This document shows positions 6,593 through 14,422 of a stretch of 21,308 nucleotides of DNA, one piece after another. The notes below the pieces were generated by a model, which was not told the DNA's origin, did not search any database, and saw only the letters and a list, made by a program, of their open reading frames with translations. How positions within the stretch are numbered: position 1 is the first letter of the stretch; each line of letters begins with the position of its first letter. Source of the stretch: a virus; IMG/VR virus record IMGVR_UViG_3300044998_000260, positions 1 to 21,308 of that record. One strand, written 5' to 3'. Made by a program: the position numbers and the translations under genes.

Positions 6593-9500
6593 TTAGACGG
6601 AAATATAGGAAAACCCATCCTCTCGTTTGATTTCAATCAGACTGTCGGCAATATCTCGGACCACATCCAAGTGACTGATCAGTATAATAAAGTCAAATTG
6701 CGTCTTCAGCACGTTGAACATCATAAACATAGATGACAAATTTTCGCTGTCAAGCACACCCAACCCCTCGTCAATGACTAGGAAGTTGGATTTTGGTAGA
6801 TTACTAACTGACATTAAAGCAACCCGAATCGCCAAACTACTAATGAACTTTTCCATACCCGACGCCAGCTCCAGCGGCCAGGTACGGTCGTCGTCATAAA
6901 TAATCTTACCATTGATGTTCTTGCCGTCCACGTCCAATGCAACCGTGAACTCAACTATCTGTGATAAAATATTGTTGACTTGGGTTTGTAGTTCCGGGAT
7001 TACCGTAGCAATGAGATGATACGGAAGCCCATCTCGGCCAATTACCGATAAATAGGTTTCATAAGCTTCGTATGTCTCCTCAAGCTCCTCAGCTTCCTTA
7101 ATACGGCTCTTTAGATCGTCGCGCTGACGCTTTAATACAGCCAATTCTGCATATGACTTCTGATACGCATCTTCCAATAATTTAAGCTCTCGCTGGTAAG
7201 ATGCACGATTTTGTACTTGTTCTTCTATGGCCTGTTCTAATAAGCGGTTTTTTTCAATAGAAGTATTGTTAGCCATATACTTCTTGTATAAATCCATCTT
7301 ACGATGGAGTTCACTATCGCAATTGGCCTGATCGGTTCTTAATTGTTCTCGTTCGAGACGAGCCAGTGAACTCTTGTGTTGTGCATCAGAAATTTGCTGT
7401 TTTAACAGAGTAATTTGATTATATTGTTTGGCAGCCTCTTGGGTTGTTTCCAAAAACGACGAACAGTTTTGTATATCCGCGAGAACGGATTCGAGATCAG
7501 AATGTAACCGTTCTAAAATTGACGCCGTTTTTTGAGCGTCTTTTACGAACACATTATTTACGCAATATTCACAGTTCGGATCATATTCGTGCTCTTTAAG
7601 CTTATCAAGCTTTTCCTTTTTGTTTTGAATGTCTACCAGCAAAGTCTTTCTTTTACCGTCAAGCGCGATCAATGTCTTCTCTGACTTGTTTCGCTTTTCT
7701 ATAATGGATTCAATACTCGTAATATCAGGTAGATTGCTTAACTCCTGGGTCAGCCTCAATAATACGGCGTTTCTCTGATCAATCGTATGATCAACTTCAA
7801 CAATTTTTGTGGAGAGTTGAGAAAGCTTATTTTGTATTATTTGTAATTCTTGTTCTATATCATTAATATTTTTGAGTTTAGCCAGTTCAGGATCAATCGG
7901 TAATTTTTGGCTATTTAGTAATTCGATCTCGGTTATACAGCCTTCAATTTTGTTTTTAATGTTTGTAATTGATGTTTCACTTTTTTTGCAAGTTTCTTCG
8001 TATACATCAATATCGCGTTGGAGGTCCGCTAACCTCTGTGTGAAATCATCTTTCTTGAAAGTTTTTAATGCGCCGGCCACCTCTTTAATTTCATCAGATG
8101 CTATCGTAAACAGTCTGTCAAAAATGGTAAGACCGATAAACTGACTGAGCAGTTCTTTACGATCACTCTGACCCGTATCAATGAACAAACTATTTTGATT
8201 TTGTACAGAAAGTGTAGTCAATACAAAGTCTTCATATGTTCCTACATAAGAACGAATGTTAGCATTGGTATCGCGTCGGTCTTCCCCATTTAATGATGTA
8301 ATTTTGTCATCATCGTCTTTACGATAGAAATTAACATCTACCTTCACATCACCATTCTTTTTTCTGGTGCCGGTTCGTTCAATCACATACCGCTTGTTCT
8401 CAATATCTATTTCTAGCTCACATGAAAAAATGTTACGACGAGTATTCATAATGTGACTACCCTTGAAGGCTCGAGGCGTCTTGTCGTATAGAGCGAAACA
8501 CATAGCGTCAAATGCCGAGGTCTTACCGGTGGCATTTGGACTGAATACGCCGTATAATCCTTCCATACCATCAAATTTGATTTCATTACCTTCTCCATAC
8601 GAGAATAGGTTGTCAAACTTGAGATGGATGGGACGCCAAGTAATATTCTTGGGAAGTTCTTCATCACCAATCAACATATTGGTTTTTGTGTTCACATCCA
8701 AGACTTTCTGAATCACATCTGTTGAAATATTTGGATAATGTTCTTCAATATATTTCTTGATAAGACCATTCTGGTGACTGATATCCGTGATATTATCAAT
8801 GGCGCTCTGCTGCACCGAAGACGACCGCGTGGTTTTCTTGACCAACTTGTTTACACTGAGTTCCACGACATTATGCTTTTTTCTAATTGTCGAGATTGCC
8901 TTCTTGATAAAGCTGGCATCAACATCGTCCACAAATATACGAAGACGAGCATTCTTGGGGAAGTGTGAAGTTACGGGCATGGTCTTAGAATCTATTGTAA
9001 TAGTACAATAGCCATAATCGTTTGGAACTTCTACATATTCCACGATAGACGACGACGATACATCCCACACAAAGAACCCATGATTTTTAAGAGACTCGCC
9101 GTGGTTCTGCTGTATCAAACTACCGGGATAAGCAATCTCGGGTATTCCCGGGGCCTTCCGCTGAAGAATTTGCATCCTGTGAATATCACCGAGCAATACC
9201 ATATCATAACCATTAAAAGTCTCAACTGTGACTTTGCTGGTTACTGGGTATCCTAGATCGGTCTGTGCTTTGTTTACTGATGCATGATACAGTGCAATTT
9301 TTGGTCTATTATCCATATCATCGACCGACGGCCAATCTGATGGATCACCAATAATTGAATGCACAGCAAACTGAACATCAGCGAAACTATACACTCCTGA
9401 CTCTCGTAGATAATGTAATCTTTCATGACCAAGATTATCTACAATAGGCGTAAGCGCGTCCAAACGGTGCGGATTTGCAAGATTGAGATCGTGATTACCA

Positions 9501-9778
9501 GCAATAATAATGGTATCGGTTTTATCGGCCAGCGACTTCAAAAAGTCTGATGCTACTCGTACCATCTCTGGACTCATATCGGTTTTTGCGTGAACAATAT
9601 CACCCGCAACAACAATCACCGACTCTCGTAAATCTCTATTATCAAGCAAACCATAAAGTGTCTTAAACACTTGATCATATTCTTGATGTCTTTTAAACAG
9701 ACGAATATGAATGTCTGACAAGTGTACAATGTTTTTTACATTCTTCAGCTTCGTATTTACTGTAAACTTTGTGCTCAT
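6593..9778 (-). CDS. sbcCD: Fused SbcD/Mre11 nuclease - SbcC/Rad50 ATPase (T4 gp47-gp46-like)
   Basis: Phosphoesterase motifs SDIH, AGDIVH, AGNHD, GDIH, YPGSL; then FSYG, Walker A SPNATGKTS, Q-loop, coiled coil, zinc hook CEYC, signature ASGMEK, Walker B VIDEG and ISH, all in one 1061-aa ORF. Confidence 0.93.
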   Translation of the reverse strand: MSTKFTVNTKLKNVKNIVHLSDIHIRLFKRHQEYDQVFKTLYGLLDNRDLRESVIVVAGDIVHAKTDMSPEMVRVASDFLKSLADKTDTIIIAGNHDLNLANPHRLDALTPIVDNLGHERLHYLRESGVYSFADVQFAVHSIIGDPSDWPSVDDMDNRPKIALYHASVNKAQTDLGYPVTSKVTVETFNGYDMVLLGDIHRMQILQRKAPGIPEIAYPGSLIQQNHGESLKNHGFFVWDVSSSSIVEYVEVPNDYGYCTITIDSKTMPVTSHFPKNARLRIFVDDVDASFIKKAISTIRKKHNVVELSVNKLVKKTTRSSSVQQSAIDNITDISHQNGLIKKYIEEHYPNISTDVIQKVLDVNTKTNMLIGDEELPKNITWRPIHLKFDNLFSYGEGNEIKFDGMEGLYGVFSPNATGKTSAFDAMCFALYDKTPRAFKGSHIMNTRRNIFSCELEIDIENKRYVIERTGTRKKNGDVKVDVNFYRKDDDDKITSLNGEDRRDTNANIRSYVGTYEDFVLTTLSVQNQNSLFIDTGQSDRKELLSQFIGLTIFDRLFTIASDEIKEVAGALKTFKKDDFTQRLADLQRDIDVYEETCKKSETSITNIKNKIEGCITEIELLNSQKLPIDPELAKLKNINDIEQELQIIQNKLSQLSTKIVEVDHTIDQRNAVLLRLTQELSNLPDITSIESIIEKRNKSEKTLIALDGKRKTLLVDIQNKKEKLDKLKEHEYDPNCEYCVNNVFVKDAQKTASILERLHSDLESVLADIQNCSSFLETTQEAAKQYNQITLLKQQISDAQHKSSLARLEREQLRTDQANCDSELHRKMDLYKKYMANNTSIEKNRLLEQAIEEQVQNRASYQRELKLLEDAYQKSYAELAVLKRQRDDLKSRIKEAEELEETYEAYETYLSVIGRDGLPYHLIATVIPELQTQVNNILSQIVEFTVALDVDGKNINGKIIYDDDRTWPLELASGMEKFISSLAIRVALMSVSNLPKSNFLVIDEGLGVLDSENLSSMFMMFNVLKTQFDFIILISHLDVVRDIADSLIEIKREDGFSYISV

Positions 9779-10683
9779 GAAAGTACCCGTAGCTTCACCA
9801 AGTCGGTGAAGGAAAGCAACTTAGCATCTTTGATAAGTCGTGTCATTTCCAAAAACCCAATTTCCGATGGGTCTTTGTCGGTCAACGATACGATATGTAC
9901 GTTTCGACCGTCCTGCAAAAGCGTTTGTGCATGATCCAGCGTAGACTTAATAGCATCGGTGTCCAACGCAAGATATATATCACGAACATTATATTCAATA
10001 ATACGAGACATCAACCGCGTAGGTATTTGTTTGCCGAGTAGTGGAATGGCATTTCGTTTTATTGCCATTGCATCATACACACCTTCACATAGTACAATAG
10101 GATAGTCCCAGTTGATACTATTTTCAAATATTACTGTATTTTTGCTTACTTGTGGATTCTTATACTTCATTCCATCTTCATAAAAACTACGACCAACAAA
10201 ATAGTTGAGTTTGTTGTCTGCATCATATGAAGGAACAATAATACGATTTTGATATTGACCCTCAAAACAATACCCAATACGATATCGCAATATATCAGAT
10301 GCGGTCAACCCTCGATCTAATACATACTTTAAAGCATGCCGATAATCAATGCGAGCGAGTGGCTCATACAGAGGATGATATTCTTTCGGAAGAGATAAAT
10401 TCGTTACAACCGTATCATTATGAACTAACGGGATGTCTTCCTGTAAAATTCTTGACAGTTCGGCGATTTGTTCTTTAGAACAATCTAGTTTTCTAAACAG
10501 CGAAAGCAGTCTTCGACCCGAAGAATTACACACCCAACAATGCCAAGCACCTTTATTCAAGTTAATTGCTAACTTTGGATTATGATGGTGGCAAAAGGGG
10601 CACAACCAATAATATTCACTGTTGGCGTGCCTCTTGTGTGGTCCTAAAATATTGTCGAGTAGATAGATGATTTCATGTTGCAT
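9775..10683 (-). CDS. DNA primase (Zn finger + TOPRIM)
   Basis: CPFCHH...HCWVC zinc finger, RIIVP..D..N.LNYFVGR, KYKNP, and TOPRIM motifs LCEGVYDA and ALDTDA. ATG 10683 preferred over TTG 10692, which lies in the -10 box. Confidence 0.92.
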   Translation of the reverse strand: MQHEIIYLLDNILGPHKRHANSEYYWLCPFCHHHNPKLAINLNKGAWHCWVCNSSGRRLLSLFRKLDCSKEQIAELSRILQEDIPLVHNDTVVTNLSLPKEYHPLYEPLARIDYRHALKYVLDRGLTASDILRYRIGYCFEGQYQNRIIVPSYDADNKLNYFVGRSFYEDGMKYKNPQVSKNTVIFENSINWDYPIVLCEGVYDAMAIKRNAIPLLGKQIPTRLMSRIIEYNVRDIYLALDTDAIKSTLDHAQTLLQDGRNVHIVSLTDKDPSEIGFLEMTRLIKDAKLLSFTDLVKLRVLS

Positions 10684-10690
10684 ATGATAC

Positions 10691-10719
10691 AAGATAACCC
10701 ATTAGGTTGATTTAGTCAA
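10691..10719 (-). promoter_or_regulatory. Sigma70-type promoter for primase-sbcCD
   Basis: TTGACT (10719-10714), 17-nt spacer, TATCTT (10696-10691), filling the short intergenic gap; ATG follows after 7 nt. Confidence 0.75.
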
Positions 10720-10722
10720 GTA

Positions 10723-11199
10723 TCAACGACGTCGGCCACCGGCTAATCTGAATGCAACTTCTTTACTCAAATGTTCGGGCAATTTTTTTAGCCATTTTAG
10801 TAAAATCAAAAAGTCTTCTTCTGAAAGACTGCCTTTCATATTGTTGGCAAATCTGGAGATGACTTGAATATTTTCTCTGGTGGATGGTCCTCCCCTGGAA
10901 ATGGGGATAATGTGGTCATATACAATGTTTTCAATAGTGAGCGACCGACCTGTATACCGACACTCGGTTCCGTAAGCTTCGTGAGTAAGTTCACGAATAT
11001 CATCAAGCGTAATAGTGCAATCTACTTCAGCTTCAGCGGAACGCTTTTTCATAGCGGTAAGGGCCGCCGAGGTCTTTCGCATTAACTTTTTAGCCTTGAC
11101 CTCTACATTTCGTTTATGAACAGTCTTGAGCTTCTCAATGAACTTAAGCTCCCAACCTGAGACTTTCTTTTTTCTGGTAGTCCCTTTGTGTTTTCGCAT
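10723..11199 (-). CDS. HNH endonuclease
   Basis: CRYTG..L.....YDHIIPISRGG....N.Q......N.MK HNH core and a basic N-terminus; most Zn-ligating Cys are absent. Confidence 0.88.
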   Translation of the reverse strand: MRKHKGTTRKKKVSGWELKFIEKLKTVHKRNVEVKAKKLMRKTSAALTAMKKRSAEAEVDCTITLDDIRELTHEAYGTECRYTGRSLTIENIVYDHIIPISRGGPSTRENIQVISRFANNMKGSLSEEDFLILLKWLKKLPEHLSKEVAFRLAGGRRR

Positions 11200-11217
11200 A
11201 ACATTTCTTAATAAAAT

Positions 11218-11346
11218 CTACAAGACGAACAGCCCCTCCGCCAAGAAAACTTTTCCGGCGAAGGGGCTGTTGGCGACTACTTTACGTAGAAAATCTAAGA
11301 CATTCTCTTCTCTGTTTTCAAAGAGAAGTTTGCTTAGTAGAATCAT
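11218..11346 (-). pseudogene. Truncated, frameshifted 5' remnant of a CCA-adding enzyme/poly(A) polymerase (class II nucleotidyltransferase)
   Basis: ATG directly follows the upstream TAATAA and reads MILLSKLLFENREENVLDFLRKVVANSPFAGKVFLAEGLFVL*. A 1-nt shift at TTG GCG/GGA GGG GCT GTT CGT gives ...GKVFLA-GGAVR, the 'hhhVGGxVRD' motif. Confidence 0.65.
11228..11271 (-). terminator. Long GC-rich stem-loop (terminator or RNA regulatory/processing hairpin)
   Basis: Minus strand aacagccccttcgccgg-aaaagttttc-ttggcggaggggctgtt: 17-bp stem whose three non-Watson-Crick positions are G-U only on the minus strand; U-tract weak. Confidence 0.55.
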
Positions 11347-11349
11347 TTA

Positions 11350-11676
11350 TTATCTGTTGCCCGTACCAATCTGCGTTTCACCTGGTGAGCGGCCCGGAAC
11401 ATAATATTTGTTCTTTGGGTTCCATTGATTTAATGGAATCCCCTCTTCGTGACGAATAAAACTTTCCGGAATCACCATCTCGGCAAGCTCGGTGTCATAA
11501 TAACCAAGAGCTTTTTCCGTCCATGAAGTCGGATCACCCTTCTTCTGATTGTTCGTCCATCCCGCTTGGAAATCACCCTGACGGTCAAAAAAGTCAACCG
11601 TGCGCTCCGGGATTTCACGAGCCTGCACAGGGCGAAGCTTCTTGGAACGGTTATAAATATCAACTAGCTGACTCAT
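11350..11676 (-). CDS. Hypothetical phage protein
   Basis: 108-aa ORF with GGAG RBS, co-oriented and tightly packed. Confidence 0.8.
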   Translation of the reverse strand: MSQLVDIYNRSKKLRPVQAREIPERTVDFFDRQGDFQAGWTNNQKKGDPTSWTEKALGYYDTELAEMVIPESFIRHEEGIPLNQWNPKNKYYVPGRSPGETQIGTGNR

Positions 11677-11688
11677 CAGCGTTCTCCA

Positions 11689-12579
11689 TTAGGCGTCAAA
11701 TCGAACAATAACCGTCTGTTGCGTTGTCGGAACTCGGCGTATAGCGCGTGGAAATTTGGCTACTGCAACAAGTTCAAATTTATCATTGTATAAACCAACC
11801 GTCGTAATATACGGACTAAGACTTCCACTAAAAAAAGTATCAGTGACAGATTCACCCTCTTGAGTTACGAAAGTTGGACCACCAGAAAAGCTACCACTGA
11901 GAACCTTAGAACGCATTGTAGGGTTGACCGAGAAATTGAATTCTCCGGGATCAGCCGTGCAAATAATCTGATGCTCATAAATAGTATGCAATCCTTCAAA
12001 TTGAACTTGTACTTGCGATCCGGTCGTTAAAAACAGTCCCTTATCCGTAACTAAACTGCCACTATAAGATCCAGTGAATTGCCCAACAACAGCAATGCCC
12101 AATGAATAGAATATGTTACCAACAACGCCTTGAATATTTTCCGAAGATACCAAGCGACCCATTCCATCGTCAAATATACTTGCCGTAGAAACCGGACTGG
12201 TAATTCTAAATGTACCTGGACTTACTGTTTCACCGAATACTTGTTGCGGAATGTTTACAACATAAAATTGCGATTCAATCGGTTGAAATCCCTTGTTTTG
12301 TGGACCCCTTAAAAACCTTACACTGGAACTTGAGTCCGGAGATCCGGTTTCATAGAATAAATTCTGCACCGACCGATATAATGTTCTCCGGTATATACCA
12401 CTTGAGTTTTTCGCCTCTGATACGGTATTGAATTCACCCCATGTAGACGGAGGAGCCACCGCAAGGTCAATAAACACTTGCGGTGGATTACTGGCACTTA
12501 AAAATGTATGAGTGACATTCCAACCCTTACGAGCTCTGAATGGACGAATCAGGTAGTTATCAGACGTAATGGGCTTCAT
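11689..12579 (-). CDS. Phage structural (baseplate/tail) protein, paralog of 12652..13716
   Basis: Shares EFNFSVNPT and PYITTVGLYNDKFELVAVAKF...VRFD with its neighbour. Confidence 0.75.
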   Translation of the reverse strand: MKPITSDNYLIRPFRARKGWNVTHTFLSASNPPQVFIDLAVAPPSTWGEFNTVSEAKNSSGIYRRTLYRSVQNLFYETGSPDSSSSVRFLRGPQNKGFQPIESQFYVVNIPQQVFGETVSPGTFRITSPVSTASIFDDGMGRLVSSENIQGVVGNIFYSLGIAVVGQFTGSYSGSLVTDKGLFLTTGSQVQVQFEGLHTIYEHQIICTADPGEFNFSVNPTMRSKVLSGSFSGGPTFVTQEGESVTDTFFSGSLSPYITTVGLYNDKFELVAVAKFPRAIRRVPTTQQTVIVRFDA

Positions 12580-12627
12580 GAATTTTCTCTAGTAACACAT
12601 TTGAATTGGAAGCGAGGATGCCAGTCC

Positions 12628-12650
12628 AAAACTAACTTCTACCAGAAGTT
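12628..12650 (-). terminator. Possible weak intrinsic terminator
   Basis: 7-bp stem aacttct/agaagtt with 3-nt loop just after the TAA of the 354-aa gene, followed by AGTTTT on the minus strand. Confidence 0.3.
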
Positions 12651-12651
12651 C

Positions 12652-13716
12652 TTACCAGTCGAGACGCACACGTACAAGCAGTTCGCGGTCAAAACTCTTC
12701 AGTGTCGGACGACTCAACTTTGCAACGGCCAAAAGTTCGTTTTGGTCATTATACATACCAATTGTTGTTACATACACTTGCGGATCCTTGATAAATGTAT
12801 TGAATGCCAAGTTGCCATTTGTTTCATCAAAGAACGTTGGATTATTGCTATAGTTGAAGTCCTTGTTACGAATTCTTACAAAATAATTTGTGCTTGAAAT
12901 GGTTTCGGACGAACGGGCCTGGAAATCTCCACCCAAACGAATTGAATTATACAAGCCTGCATGGTTATACTGGTGTACGTTTGATGAACCCGTATTTGGT
13001 CCAAATGGTCGGCTACCTGAAATGATGAATGATCCTGATACGAAGCCTACCGTACCAGCAATAGCCGCTGGATTGAGCACGATAATACCGAGACTTGGAT
13101 AAAACAATCCAAAATTTCCCCATACAGAAGTTGACGCGGCAATGGTAGATCCGCTCGGGCCGGTCAAGTTACCGGACACTACAGTAAATACATTGCCAGC
13201 TTTACCAACTGTCGGGTCAAGTGTTTGACCACTATCATCAATAAAAAATCGCCTGCCGTTGGAACCCGATAGCGTCAAAAGCCAGTTACCTGGATCCATA
13301 CGCTCTCTCAATCGAGCACGTGCAACATTGATAACATAAATTTGATCACTGTTTACACTACCAAATGTAAATTGTGTATCACCTGGGTCAAGTAACAAGT
13401 TACGATATTGCGAATACACGGCTCGTGTGCTCAATGTAGCAATATCACTGTCAGTCAATGTTGGAGCACCACCACCAGTACGATGACCATAAGCTACGGA
13501 AAATTGTACTTCGGGAATTGGTACTGTTGAAGGAATATTGGGATTTGATTGATACACATCCCAATAATATTGTCCGCTCAACGAGGATGATGCCTGAGCA
13601 GAAGAAGTAAAGAACGATGAAAGACTACCTGTATCACCACTCCACAATCCCACTGTGACTTCAGTAGGATTGCCCGGTACTATATCGTCCTGTTCAAAAC
13701 GCTTATAGACACTCAT
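12652..13716 (-). CDS. Phage structural (baseplate/tail) protein
   Basis: 354 aa, AGGAG RBS; DFNYSNNPT and YVTTIGMYNDQNELLAVAKL...VRLDW C-terminal motif; G/S/T-rich. Confidence 0.78.
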   Translation of the reverse strand: MSVYKRFEQDDIVPGNPTEVTVGLWSGDTGSLSSFFTSSAQASSSLSGQYYWDVYQSNPNIPSTVPIPEVQFSVAYGHRTGGGAPTLTDSDIATLSTRAVYSQYRNLLLDPGDTQFTFGSVNSDQIYVINVARARLRERMDPGNWLLTLSGSNGRRFFIDDSGQTLDPTVGKAGNVFTVVSGNLTGPSGSTIAASTSVWGNFGLFYPSLGIIVLNPAAIAGTVGFVSGSFIISGSRPFGPNTGSSNVHQYNHAGLYNSIRLGGDFQARSSETISSTNYFVRIRNKDFNYSNNPTFFDETNGNLAFNTFIKDPQVYVTTIGMYNDQNELLAVAKLSRPTLKSFDRELLVRVRLDW

Positions 13717-13737
13717 ATAATATTATTCTCCTATCTA

Positions 13738-14373
13738 TTACGTCGTTGGACGAGGCTTGATGATAACCGGAATGGTGATTGTGGCACCGGTCTGGTTACC
13801 GATAATGGTCAACTGTGTAGTGACCTGTGATGGAACATTCTTCGGCGTGAGCGTAAATTCAACACCTTGTGCAACCACGGCATTTGCTGTAGTAGAATCA
13901 CCAAGAATTGCTGGAGATGTTGCTCTGAAGTTGGCCGGCAATCCCGTTCCAACGAGAACGGCAGAGTCTGCGTCGTAAAGAATTGCAGTGTATCCAAAGC
14001 CAGCACCATTGAGTCCCTGCGTCGTTGTAGGACGAATGGGGATGGCGTTTGCTTGTCCAGCAGTGAGGGTAATATTGTCAAATCCAAGTGAAATAATTGG
14101 AATTTGCTTTGTTCCCCGAGGCAGAGTTACCAGCTTGTATCGCATCACCTGCGTTTCGTCTGGTGATGCCTCTACAAGCGGCATATTCTCAATGATACTG
14201 CCGTAAAAGTTAGATCCAAGGGGATGTGCAGTCGTATAGAGTCCGTAGTCTACCTCGTCATCGGCGAGGGCAAACTGCGTAATCTGAAACCCCGCACCCT
14301 TGGACAGTAGTTCACGACCCTTCTTTGTTAAAATCGCGTCTACTGTAATTGTGCTATTGTTAAGATATGCCAT
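13738..14373 (-). CDS. Phage structural protein
   Basis: 211 aa, GAGGAG RBS; N-terminal DAILTKKGRELL...ITQFALADDE resembles tail-collar fibre (DUF3751-like) starts; beta-rich C-terminus. Confidence 0.75.
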   Translation of the reverse strand: MAYLNNSTITVDAILTKKGRELLSKGAGFQITQFALADDEVDYGLYTTAHPLGSNFYGSIIENMPLVEASPDETQVMRYKLVTLPRGTKQIPIISLGFDNITLTAGQANAIPIRPTTTQGLNGAGFGYTAILYDADSAVLVGTGLPANFRATSPAILGDSTTANAVVAQGVEFTLTPKNVPSQVTTQLTIIGNQTGATITIPVIIKPRPTT

Positions 14374-14402
14374 TGCTAGAGTCTCCTCAAAGGATTACCA
14401 CC

Positions 14403-14409
14403 ATAAATA
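14403..14409 (-). promoter_or_regulatory. Candidate phage late-promoter motif TATTTAT
   Basis: Located in a 49-nt intergenic gap, ~30 nt before ATG 14373 and upstream of the GAGGAG RBS. Confidence 0.4.
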
Positions 14410-14422
14410 GTAGGTTTTTTCA

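Noticed and set aside
165-9778. Eukaryotic or giant-virus origin (RCC1, mucin-like tracts, Mre11-Rad50 fusion)
   Set aside because: SD sites, a sigma70 promoter, overlapping operonic genes, a TOPRIM primase and baseplate/fibre motifs indicate a bacteriophage.
11200-11349. tRNA or group I intron around the hairpins and HNH
   Set aside because: No cloverleaf or T-loop motif, and no room for an intron core or second exon between the HNH and the primase promoter.
11126-11404. Plus-strand 92-aa ORF across the HNH upstream gap
   Set aside because: TTG start, antisense to two genes, no motifs; the minus-strand remnant explains the region better.
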